Of a stretch of DNA of 64,000 bases, positions 12,301-23,400 are shown piece by piece (the stretch's first letter is position 1; every line of letters starts with the position of its first letter). The position numbers were made by a program, and so were the translations under genes. The notes under the pieces were generated by a model. The model made no database searches, was not told where the DNA came from, and was given only the letters and a program-made list of their open reading frames with translations. Origin of the DNA: Podarcis cretensis. Taxonomy: Eukaryota. The stretch covers positions 26,784,001 to 26,848,000 of the forward strand of contig OX638164.1 of assembly GCA_951804945.1 (NCBI GenBank), in the 5' to 3' direction.

Positions 12301-13196
12301 CTGTTGTGTCAGGAGGAGGAGGAATTTACAAATAATAAGCTTTTTTATCTGCTGGGAAATCTATTGAAGAAAGCATGCAGGTTCCCTTTCAAGTTGCTGT
12401 CTACCCACTTGAAAACATTGGCAGCATTAAGATAAATTCAACAGTGTAAATAAGTTTTGATGGATGAATATGGGACGCAGGTGGCGCTGTGGGTTAAAGC
12501 CTCAGCGCCTAGGGCTTGCCGATCGAAAGGTCGGCGGTTCGAATCCCTGCGGCGGGGTGCGCTCCCGCTGCTCGGTCCCAGCGCCTGCCAACCTAGCAGT
12601 TCGAAAGCACCTCCGGGTGCAAGTAGATAAATAGGGACCGCTTACCAGCGGGAAGGTAAACGGCGTTTCCGTGTGCAGCTCTGGCTCTGGCTCTGGCTCT
12701 GGCCAGAGCAGCGATGTCACGCTGGCCACGTGACCCGGAAGTGTCTCCGGACAGCGCTGGCCCCTGGCCTCTTAAGTGAGATGGGCGCACAACCCCAGAG
12801 TCTGTCAAGACTGGCCCGTACGGGCAGCGGTACCTTTACCTTTTAATAATGGAATGCTGAATGGTTTAGTTTATGTAAAATATGCAGGGATTTATGTTAC
12901 ACAAAATGAACCATGGTAAGAAAAGAAGGGAAGTCATTGATATTTTAAGGTTGTTAAAATGAATACTCTAAACTGTAAAACAGAAAATTTAATAAAAAAA
13001 AATAGAGACAGAGAAAGAGAGAGAGCTGCTGACTCTGATAAGTGAGTGACACATAACTTCATCTTTTGCCCTGGCAATTGCCTTTGACTTAATCTTTCTC
13101 TTTTGCTTTGCAACTTCTAGGCACACTAGTCGGCTGCGGGAGCTGAACGGAATGGCGGTCCTCAACACCTCTTTGAAGCACATGCAGGGATTTTAA
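302..13196 (+). CDS. TTC12: TTC12 (tetratricopeptide repeat protein 12), last 9 coding exons (ARM-like C-terminal region); 5' part lies outside the window
   Basis: Exons 302-394, 1089-1152, 2065-2199, 3617-3721, 4961-5029, 5821-5922, 7331-7430, 9652-9877 and 13121-13196(TAA). All have AG acceptors and GT donors (one GC) and are phase-compatible. Peptides YALLGLMMNLSL, RAVGLLSHIL..GVVRKMIRFLK, SENEVLAGNAAFCLG..NAAIALGKLCTA and SRLRELNGMAVLN match my recollection of vertebrate TTC12. Synteny with ANKK1. Confidence 0.93.
2679..3002 (-). pseudogene. SPR: Sepiapterin reductase (SPR) exon-1 fragment, frameshifted, retaining its splice donor
   Basis: Minus-strand ORFs give GLGCAMGIMMGASRGFRQSLAHLLAPRLTPGLELLLVARSAATLEQL and, after a frameshift near 2810, RGLPADLASDDG..LLLINNAG. 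This is the SDR Rossmann N-terminus typical of SPR. It is followed directly by GTGAGT (2678-2673). GC/CpG-rich relative to its flanks. Confidence 0.85.
4124..4251 (+). repeat. Exact 128-bp duplicate of 3583-3710 (TTC12 acceptor plus most of one exon, no donor)
   Basis: Direct comparison by eye: identical sequence at offset 541. Confidence 0.95.
4254..4291 (+). ncRNA. Minimal type I hammerhead ribozyme motif (PLE-type)
   Basis: GTAT-CTGAAGA-A-GTGTG(CATG)CACAC-GAAA-GC-TC^ATAC: stem I GTAT/ATAC, conserved CUGANGA and GAAA cores, stem II hairpin, palindromic AGCT mini helix III, predicted cleavage after C4287. Confidence 0.7.
8333..8821 (+). mobile_element. BovB (RTE-clade) LINE, 5'-truncated 3' end
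   Basis: LRVPWTARRSNLSILKEISPECSLEGQILKLRLQYFGHLMRREDS..KTLMLGK ORF remnant and CGACTAAACAACAACAAC tail. A shorter BovB tail is also present at about 19514-19561. Confidence 0.92.
10996..11419 (-). mobile_element. 5'-truncated L1-like LINE insertion
   Basis: Poly-T at the left end; 16-bp target-site duplication CTGCTGGATTATCCTT at 10980-10995 and 11420-11435. Confidence 0.7.
12472..12843 (+). mobile_element. Sauria SINE (young subfamily)
   Basis: tRNA-like head GGGACGCAGGTGGCGCTGTGGG..GGTTCGAATCCC, core GCAAGTAGATAAATAGG, TACCTTTACCTTT tail; CpG-rich. Confidence 0.92.
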
Positions 13197-13271
13197 AAGC
13201 TTCTGTAAATGTTCCAGAGCATGTTTACAAAGTCTGCCATAGCTCTGGTCAGGGCTGCACCTTGTTTTTGT

Positions 13272-13277
13272 AATAAA
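13272..13277 (+). promoter_or_regulatory. Candidate TTC12 polyadenylation signal
   Basis: AATAAA 75 nt after the TTC12 stop codon. Confidence 0.4.
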
Positions 13278-15839
13278 GAGGATTAATTGGAACAGGGCTA
13301 CTGTTTGGTGATTCATGGACGGGGAGATAAAAGTATTGGAAGGATAACTGAGTTAATACAAAGCCTGAGGCCATGCCTGGATGAAAGAGGCTTTTTCCTC
13401 CTTTCCAAAAAGAGGTAACCTTTCCATGAGCAAATTTCTTGGTATGATAGAAGTTTCAAGAGGGCTCTGAAATAGCCGCTGGTTTCCTTGTTGCAGAAGC
13501 CACTTGTCAAGTGTTAATCAGCTATCTTAGGTGTCGGTTTTCATGCCCAGATAGGTAGGGAGCATGAAAAAGAAAATGAGTAAATGTGTTCCTTTTTAAG
13601 GTGAGGGTGATGTATATGTCCTAGACAGACATTGACAATAGAAGGTTATTAACAAAAATGGGCAGTTGTCAGTCTTAAAGAATCAAAGAGGACATTTGAG
13701 GCGGAGCTGTTTGGAGGGTAATTTGGACCCTATGCAGCAGCAGCAGCTTAGCACATACCTCCTGTTTGTGAAAGACCAAGCAACACACTGAATACACACA
13801 AAAATCTATTGCAAGGTCAGGTGTGGACCTGGCCCCCAGACTGGCGTATTTAGCGTCAGTACTTTTTTGCTGCTTAATCAGGTTGCAGTAATATAATCAA
13901 AATGGGCAGCCAGCCTATGAAGAGGAGAAAAGAAACAGAAAAGTAAAGGGCAAGCTTATTTGATTTCAGATTGGCTCTTCTCTTCTCCCTCCTTGACACT
14001 TTTAGATGGCTATTATGCCAAAAGCAGCAGATGTAAAATTAGATATCATTATGTCCTCTTGGGAGCAGCTGATGAGTGTATTAATCTTCCCCACTTCAGA
14101 GGAAGGTGCTGTTTGGAGTGAGTTGGGCTTTCTTCCAAGCCAGATATGATGGCTGGCTGGAAGGGGCTGCTGCTCATTTGACACTGAACACCAGCACAAC
14201 GGTGTTGGTCTCTTAGGGCTGTGGGCCCTGGTGGATACTGGTTTAATCACCTTCACTTGGTGGTCACTCCATTCTGCACATTTTAAATGAATAGGTCTTA
14301 GGTTGTACTTTTGCATTCTGTTGCTATTCTTTACAACATTTTCCTGTATGCTCATGTATATCGAAACCTTTCTTCTGAAGATAACCCTTCATACATCTGA
14401 TGGAGCAGACTCTAGACCACAAAACTATAAGCCAAAACAAAGTGGTTTTTTTTAAATCTTTAATGTATCACAAGACTGGATGATTATTATTGTTATTATT
14501 AGTGTCATTATTTTGATTAAAAAATGCACACAAACATCTCTGGTCCTGCCGATGTGCGCAAACCCACCCATATAGGCTGCCCATGCCAGCAGTGCTGTTC
14601 TAAACTAAAAAAAACTTCGCTCCTCACCCCCCAAAGTTCAACAGTTCTGCTAAAAAGAAATGCAACAACTTTTCTGTCTGGATTTTAACTTTTTGAAATA
14701 TAGCAACCCTAACCACATATGAATCAGAAGACTCTTCTCTCCATTGACTCAACTCTTCAAGTGATAGCTAAAACATGCTTATATGTTTTTATAGTGTCAC
14801 AGGATGGCTTTGTTATTGTTAATCCATTGAAGAGTGTCAGGAGCTTCTGAAGAAGGAGCCTCATAACATGTTATCTTCAGTACATCTTTGAGGTCTTCTT
14901 TGATTCCTTTTCCTCCCTTCCAGGCATTGGCCAGACCCCCAGGACTTCTTTGCTTCAGCAGAGCTGCTGTTTCAGGCAATGCCTTGGCCCTCTTGATCAG
15001 CAAAGTTGGCCCTTTCCCCCTCACAGTCACATTTTACCTTCTCCTGTAGAAGATTACAACATTGATTCTGGAGCTTTGACACATTCTTTATACAATACAG
15101 GTATTATTTCATGTTTGCAAAGCTCCATACTGGATCCTTCTGCACCCATGTCAAGTGAGGGATCCAGAGTTCTCCTGTTCTTTTTTCTGCCCCTTTGATT
15201 GTGAACAGGCTCTTCTGTAACCACTAGATGGCAAACTGGTTACTCATTAAATTCTTCCGCTAAGACACATATGCAAACTATTTCAAGAGTTGCTTGGACA
15301 ATATCCATTGCAGTTGCAGATCACAGCAGGTGGCTGACATCCATTGTGCTGTTAGGATTATGTTTAGATGTACTAAATCAGAAGTGTGCATTGGTGTTAC
15401 TGTGAGCGCTGAGGTCTAAGCTTGACACTAACTCCCTGGGATTGGCTTCCTAGAATTAAAGAAATCCAGCACGACTTAAATGGAGAAGATGTAAAATCGC
15501 TTTCCAACTTTTTACTGGGCAGTTGCGGATTCTAAATGCGGAGCTGCTTAATCAAGAAGGTGCTAAGCATTCACAGCCTCCTTTTGGAATCATGCAAAAG
15601 TCCTTAATGAGGCTAAGTTTGGAGCCAGCCTCCTTTGAATTTAGTGCAGAATCTGATTTTTTTAGCGCTAGGATTCAGGCTTAAAGCTTGTGATATAATA
15701 GTAAGAACAGAGACTATTTTTCTGTTGCCTGAGTTAACCATGGCTGGCATGAAGAGAACGCTTTCCAAAATAGTCTTGTTACTTTGTAGCCTCACACTAC
15801 CTGCCTATAAGAACTTAATAAATAATAACAGTAGTATTA

Positions 15840-15840
<1 letters not shown>

Positions 15841-15888
<48 letters not shown>
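15841..15888. repeat. (AAT)n microsatellite
   Basis: Seen directly. Confidence 0.95.
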
Positions 15889-15889
<1 letters not shown>

Positions 15890-16449
15890 TTTACAGGTTA
15901 AGAAGTAGTCCTTGGGCTCATTGTTCATCCCATAGATACTATTTACTCCAGAAAGCAAAAGCCACAGTAATGGTAGCAGGGAGATCTGTGGGACTAGAAA
16001 AAGGATTCTGAAGAACACCACCACCAGCAGCCCCGCCAGCAATAACAAGATCCTAGGGGAGAAGACTTTTTATAAATGCCTGCAGTCTCCCCAGTACTTT
16101 CAACAGCTGCTGGCTCTGAAAGTTCCAGGCGCTGGGAGCTGTTAATGGTACCTTCCCAAAGCTACAGAAACTTCTGCTGAACTGGGGGAGGCACCATCTT
16201 TCAGGAGAGCAGATCCAGGAGCTGCGTGATAACCTAGTTTGGCACCATAAGCAGCCCCTTGCTGTTCGCAAGGACAGTTCTTTCATTGTGAGGGCAAATA
16301 ACATCTGTCAATATATCTGATTTTGCTGTTATGATATAGACACAGGAAAAGAGAGAGAAGCTGTGTCTCTCACACAGTGGCAGAGCCCTGTTTTTTTCTA
16401 AAACATTCCCGCCCCCGCCTCGTTATCTTGTTGCTTTTATATTTTTGGA

Positions 16450-17345
16450 ATAATTTTTATTAGATTTTACAAGTGTAAAGTTATAAGAATACCAAATACA
16501 TATTCATATTTAGAGATCCCTCTGAATCTCCAGACTTCCCACCACTCCCATCCTATTGTCAACATGTTCAACTGCATATTATTTCATCCATATTTTATAT
16601 CTCTCCATATTGTCCATAGTATTTGTTACATTACAAGTATTATTAAGGTAAAGGTAAAGGGACCCCTGACCATTAGGCCCAGTCGTGGCTGACTCTGGGG
16701 TTGCGGCGCTCATCTCACTTTATTGGCCGAGAGAGCCGGCGAACAGCTTCCGGGTCATGTGGCCAGCATGACTAAGCTGCTTCTGGTGAACCAGAGTAGC
16801 GCATAGAAACGCCGTTTACCTTCCTGCTGGAGCGGTACCTATTTATCTACTTGCACTTTGACGTGCTTTCGAACTGCTAGATTGGCAGGAGCAGGGACCG
16901 AGCAACAGGAGCTCACCCCGTCGCAGGGATTCGAAACGCCAACCTTCTGATCGGCAAGCCCTAGGCTCTGTGGATTAACCCACAGCGCCACCCATGTCCC
17001 TACAAGTATTATTAGAATCCTGCTAATGTTTTCATTTGCTTACAGTGTTCTCCTAAATAAATTATTAATCTTTCCAGTTCTTTCTTAAAGTTTTTGTCTT
17101 CTTGGTTCCTGAGCCTTCCTGTCAGTTTTGCCATTTTGACATACTCCAACAGCTTAATTTGCCATTCTTCTCTGGAAAGGACTTTATCTTCTTTACATCT
17201 CTGGGCTAGTAGCATCCGTGCGGCAGTCGTAGCATACATGAAAAGTCTTTTCTGCTCCTTTGGGATCTCGGTACCTACAATTCCTAATAAGAAAGCTTCT
17301 GGTTTCTTTATCAAAGTTATTTTAAGCACATTTTTTCTCAAATAT
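16450..17345 (-). mobile_element. L1-like LINE 3' fragment interrupted by a Sauria SINE
   Basis: ORF 17341-17012 (KKPEAFLLGI..LFMYATTAARMLLAQ..EEWQIKL) resembles the squamate L1 ORF2 C-terminus; AT-rich 3' region continues to the left of the SINE. Confidence 0.7.
16646..17000 (-). mobile_element. Sauria SINE
   Basis: AAGGTAAAGGTAAAGG reverse tail, full body, 14-bp TSD TACAAGTATTATTA (16632-16645, 17001-17014). Confidence 0.92.
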
Positions 17346-18119
17346 TTTCATACTGCCTTTCTGAAAACCATCATGTAAGAATAAAAATAAATAACAAAAC
17401 AGCTACAGTTGCACGCTCTCCTAATGCTGTATTTACAGCTCCTACTAAAATATCCCACCCCCACTTTTTCCATGTTAAACCAGAGTCTTGTTTGTTGACT
17501 GTTTTTCGAAACAGAATATTGCCTGGGTTGACCTGGTTCTGGTCCATCAAGGTAATTCTGAGGTCCTAACATTTAATTTCTCTACAGCCTACACTTGACT
17601 CCCTTTCTCCCCTGCACACCTCTCATTTGACTTGTTCACACATTACAATGAACGCAGGTACAAGCTGTTTACACATGCACAAGTGTTTGTGTGTATGAGT
17701 GTACACGTGTTAATTTGTAAGCTCATCTACACAGACTGTACACCTGTTGCACAACTACAAGTGTACAGCTCACCCATGAGTGAGCAGATTGTACACTCGT
17801 TGGATGTAGCCTGTCTCAGAGAGTCCATACAATTTAGTGTTTTAACGGGATGGGCACTTGGGATTTTTTAACTGCAGTGGTTCCACTCTAAATGACTTGT
17901 CTAATATTTACAGAAATATAACCACAGTTGAGCTCCTTGTGACAGAGACCAGTTTGTGAAGAGAATGCTATGGCAGCTCTTACATGGGGTAGCTATTTCT
18001 GTGGCCCTCCAAATGTTGCCACACTACAACTCCCATAATCCCCCTGCCCATTCGTCATGCTGATGGGAGTTGCAGTCCAGCAAATTTGGAAGGGTCCCAA
18101 CCTAAATTGTCAACTCCAT

Positions 18120-18497
18120 GTAAAAGGGCCCCTGGATGGTTAAGTCCAGTCAAAGGCAACTATGGGGTTGCGGCGCTCAACTCGCTTTCAGGCTGAGGCA
18201 GCCAGCGTTTGTCCACAGACAGCTTTTCCGGGTCATGTGGCCAGCAGGACTAAACCGCTTCTGGAGCCACAGAACCCACCATGACAGAAGCCAGAGTGTA
18301 CAGAAATGCCGTTTATTTTCCTGTCGCAGTGGTACCTATTTATCTACTTGCACTGGCGTGCTTTCAAACTGCTAGGTTGGCAGGAGCTGGGACAGAGCAA
18401 CAGGAGCTCACCCCTTTGCTGGGATTCGAACCGCCGACCTTCTAATCAGCAAGCCCAAGAGGCTCAGTGGTTTAGACCACAGCACCATCTGCGTCCA
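18120..18497 (-). mobile_element. Sauria SINE
   Basis: CCTATTTATCTACTTGCAC core and GGGATTCGAACC B-box in reverse. Confidence 0.85.
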
Positions 18498-20224
18498 TGT
18501 ACCAACTTCATGTAGGCTGCCCTCTTGGTAATAATTACTGACACATCCTTCTTTTAAATGATGCTTTTTCCTTTCCACCCAGTATGGGATTTGAATAGGC
18601 TTTTCTACATAATACAGAAGCTGTAGGTCGCAGGGCTAAATGCATTTGTTTCCATCCACCCTTGTCTTTGGTGGCAATGAGGTTATGATGACTTCATTCA
18701 ACAAGATCTGTTTCATGTCTTTATAACAAAGGCAGGCACAGCTGGCCTAGCCATAGATCTTTCAAAATTATGTGTGCGGTTCACAGCCAAGGTTAAATGT
18801 AATGCTTCTAATCGAGTCTTAAACTGCTCAGAGAACTGAATACAGCCGTGCCACTGCCTGCTTATGAGTAACAAAACATAGAAGAAATGTTTCTTCTGAG
18901 AAACTGCTTGTGGGCACCAGGACAGGCACCAAAAATGATTTCCTGGTATAAATCTTGCCCAGACCAAGGAAAACTGACAGACCTGTGCTGTTTTAGACTA
19001 CTGTTGGTTACAAATCTCTGCCTTTTAAGTTCCAGAGTCCCTCCTGCCCATATTTAATTGGGTCTCAAAGACCTGAAAGTTTCAACTCATTTTACACTGG
19101 TCTACATTTCATGAACTGTAGTTTTAACTGTCCCTGGGATTTTTTGGTTTGAACTGAAATGGGGCATGGTATGCTACTGATTTCATTAATTGCATTTTGT
19201 ATTTGTTGCTGCTTTATGGCTTTTTGCTAGAAAGGTTAAAAAAAGAAAATATTTCAAGTTAATCAATTTTACACCTGCCTGGTGTAAGGCAAGGCCTTCT
19301 CATGAAGATCGAAAAGTTACACTTTCTTTGCCCTGTGAGGAGAACCAGTTTTCTGATGCAGCACAAACAATCTGACAGCCTGCACAATCCGACAGCCTGG
19401 CTTCAAAATGTTGTAAAGTAGGGTTGCCATAGTTCAAGAAGTAAAAATACGGACACGAAAAGTCATTAAGGGTTTTTTGGAGCCCAGATCGCCCAAACCA
19501 GAGCTGAACCAGATGGAGTCATGAAGAGTTGGACATGACAAAACGGCTAAACAACAACAACCCTTTCAAAATGTGTCCTTGCCAAAGTAGCACACAAAAT
19601 ATAATAAAAAATATATAATAAAAACCAGTTAGAGCAATGAAAACAAAACAGCAATGTAATCACTTCATTTCAAGCTATCCATCCAACTAAGAGATCTAAA
19701 TCTGCCAATAAAAAACTGGGGAAAAAATAATTTCAGAACTCACAAGTACTGAAAAATATGCTGCAATGTTGTTGTTGTTGTTGTTGTTAAATGTGTCATT
19801 TGACCACTCCAGGCCAATGTAGTAACAGAAGAATTAGGCCTATCCAGCAACCACAGGTCAACATAATCTTTGCCCAGACTGGGAAGTCAATTACATGGTG
19901 GGTGGGAGTTGCCGCACTGACATTGTGCTTTGGAGAGCACCCAACCACCCTATAAGCAAGGTCATTTTTTAAAAAAAAGTTTATTAAGGGAGGGAGGGGC
20001 AGGAGACCTGGCACTCAGGCACCCTGACCCACCCCCTAACAATGCCCCTGTTTGTAAACCAGGCTTTGCCAAAGAGAACTACATTTCATAAAGCCGTCTT
20101 CTTAGCCAACTCTCTCTCTCTGTCATCTAAACCAACCAAAATCTCAAAGCAGAGAGGGATAAATCAAGCATACACAGCCTTGGTTTGTGTCATCGCTTCC
20201 ACCTCTTTTCTTAATCAGTACCTT

Positions 20225-20296
20225 CCAATTGGCTGAACTTCTCTCTCTCGCCCTTTTACAATTGGCTGCTGTCTGACCTAAAGACTTTTTTATAAA
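20225..20296 (+). promoter_or_regulatory. Candidate core promoter of the mucin/ZP-C gene (two CCAAT-type motifs plus TATA)
   Basis: CAATTGGCTG twice (about 20226 and 20259) and TATAAA at 20291-20296, about 145 bp upstream of the signal-peptide ATG at 20440. Confidence 0.55.
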
Positions 20297-20439
20297 GTAT
20301 GTAATTCAAGACTGCTCACCTGTAAAGCGGGGTTTGCAAATGCTTCATTGCAAATGCTTCGCAGCATCTTCTGCCCGTGGTGTGAGCAAGGTCCCTTCCA
20401 GTGCTTCAAGGGCTCCTGTGTTCAGTACGAAGCAGAAAG

Positions 20440-23400
20440 ATGGACAGCAGCTTCCCCACTTCCTTGCTGGTGGTGGCAGGGCTACTGAGACTGGCTGGTG
20501 AGTAAGAGTGGTGGAGAAATTTGTTTTAATATGAACCTTCAAAATTTGTAACATCTCCAAATTTGCCAATGCACTTCCGCAACCAAGGAATGCATACAGA
20601 AATGTGTAGGTTAGCGAAAGATGCACATGAAATGGTATGCATTAGAAGAAATTACAAAAATGTTTCTCATTAGGGGAAACATTGCTTGCAAAGCATATAC
20701 TAGGTAAAAATACATACTGAAATGTGCATGTTAGTGGACTTGCAGAAAAACACGTGCAGATTTTAATGCAGTTTTCTCGTTAAAAGTTACAAACTGGTGC
20801 AGAAATGGGGAGAACTGAACTCAATATTGGAAAAAAGAAACAGAGAAACTGAAATGAACATACTTGTCCATGCCTCACTTCTTGTTTCTCTGTAGGCTTA
20901 TTTCAGCTACATAAATGTCACAACTCAGTGCTTGAATTTGCTATTATTATATACAATATGATATTCATCCATTCAGCCATCTGTGGAGCGTTCATTTGCC
21001 TTGTGTGTTTGCAATTAGCAGATGCAGTGCTAATTTTCTCCAACAGTTTTCTGCCCTCTTGAACTCCTGATCTTGAACTCCACTGTAGCATGTTCTCTGT
21101 GTCCCACAGGGTGAGACAGCTAGCAGATTTGCTGATCTCAGAAGTCACCGCTTGAACACTGTTTACATTTTTTTGCAAAGTGCACATATTCCACTTGCCC
21201 CTGCTAATGGCACCCACCTGGATTTCTGGGAGCACAAATGTGAAGCCTTGGCAAAATGCACTGATGCGCTTTTTTGCGCGGCAGAGTTTAACCTTCTAAT
21301 CATGAGGCTCAATGAAGACCTTGGGGATGTCAACAGCTGCTACAGTAGCAGATGTGTGATACGGGGGGAAAAGAGAGGTGGTTAAAAAGATGGTCCAGAA
21401 ATTTAAAATAATGCTTGATTTTGATTTGGAGATCTCAGGGGGATAGGTATCACTTTATGTGTTGTTTGTTTCGGACTTGGCTGGTGAAACAAAGCAGCTG
21501 TAAGCCAACTTTATGTTCCCACTTAAACCAGACTTACAGCCACTTTGGGCCTCTGACATTGTGCAGCGAAATCCCTTCAACGGAAGCACGGACATTTATG
21601 AGGATTTACTGGGGTAGTTTTTATCAAGATCAATTTTGGGTGAAGGAACCTGTCATTCAGTTGTGTGCTACTACTGGGGAAATATTACTGGGATTGCTGT
21701 AATGATCATTTAGGGCCCTGCCAATTGGAGAGTTCCATTAACAAGACTCAGTTTGGCACCAGTTGCTTACATAAGAATATGTTAAATTCATTGGGTGTGG
21801 GTAGGTTCATCAATGGCTGTTTTAACATAGCCATTCATTCCAGCTGCCTCTATTTACCTGCAATCTACGTTTTCTGGTCCCTGCCTCTGGCGAACCACAG
21901 CCTGAGTTTTCTCCCCAGTTTTTCCTTTAGGGGACGCCTTGTTAAAAATGTGAGCTACATTTACTAGGTTTGGCAATCTTCAGAGGTTGGAACATAACCT
22001 GCCACACACACTTACATACCAGGATCTCTAAACATGTAATCTTAGAGTGAGTGACAAATGGATACATCATTTTTATTTATTTAAAGTAGGCAGGTGATTA
22101 GCTGTGGGAGGAGCTTATCAGAGCTTGCAGGGTAGCGCCGTGCGCCTAGCAGCGCGCGCAGTTTGATCCATCTTTAAATTTAGGGGAGCTAGTCTCAAAC
22201 GTTTCTTGGGGGAGACCTAGGATTTTTTTGGGGGGAGTTATTTGTCCTGTCTGCACGCTTCTTATGATGGAGGACCACTGTAGCCAGCCCCAATGACATG
22301 TTCTCAAGATGGAGAGTGAGGGAACAGCTGCAGTCGCCTGTGGTTCCTGCACAATGTTTGCCATCTTGCCAAAGGTTGCAGGCAGCTTTACCTGCAGCAA
22401 TTGCATGTTGATTGCACTCTTAAAAGACAAAGTCCAGCAACTGGAGGAACGTGTGGCTACGCTCCAAAGAATTAGAGAGCTGGAGCTCTTCTTGGAAGCA
22501 ACAGAGCACACTGTCTCCACCAAGGAGGAGACAGGGGACTCCCGAGAAGGAGGCTAGTTCACCAACACAGGAGCCAGATATATGGAGAAACGTGACTCAA
22601 AGAAGTAGAAAGCCCAGGGTTCGCTCTGATTGTTTAGAAATACACAATCGCTTTGAGGTCCTCTCCCCTAGCATGGAAGACGAAGAACAGACTCCATTTG
22701 AGGATCTCTCCCTCGTTACAGTCGATCAGGTATATGAAGACGAGCAGCAAAGTCAGTCCTCAGGGAATGTGCAGGCGACCTTGGAACGGACAGATCACGG
22801 AAGAACCCCGACCAAACCTAAGAGGAGGCGTGTAGTGGTGATAGGGGATTCCCTACTGAGGGGAACAGAAGCAGTGATCTGTAGGCATGACAAGATGTTT
22901 CGGGAAGGGTGCTGTCTCCCTGGGGCTAAGATCCAAGATGTAACTGAATGACTGCAAGGAATCATAAAACCCACTGACAAATACCCCTTCCTCTTGGTTC
23001 ATGTGGGAACCAATGACACTGCAAGCAATAGCCTCCAGAAGATCAAAAGAGACTATGAGGCTCTGGGCAGGAAATTGAAGCAATTAAATGCTGGCTTCGC
23101 AAATGGTGTAAACAGGAACGGTTTGGATTCTTAGATCACGGACTGCAGTTTCTTGAAGATGGACTTCTGGCAAGCGATGGGCTGCACCTCACAACGGTTG
23201 GGAGGAATGTTTTTGCCAAAAATCTCAGAAACCTCATCAGGAGGGCTTTAAACTGACTAATGTGGGGGAGGGAGACAGTGCTCCTGAAGGTAGGAGTCTA
23301 TCAATTGATGAAGATGATCATCCAAATGTCATAGACCAAATGGAGCAAACAGCACGCAGACCTAGTGGTGGGAGGAAAAAATCCTTAAATAAGAGACACG

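Noticed and set aside
12502-12808. ORFs with PEPEPE/ARARAR repeats (also 34704-35078)
   Set aside because: Translation artefacts of the GCCAGA tract in Sauria SINEs.
21110-21970. Exon-like ORFs in intron 1 of the ZP-C gene
   Set aside because: The acceptor at 21109 gives an immediate stop in the required phase, and there is no recognisable domain.
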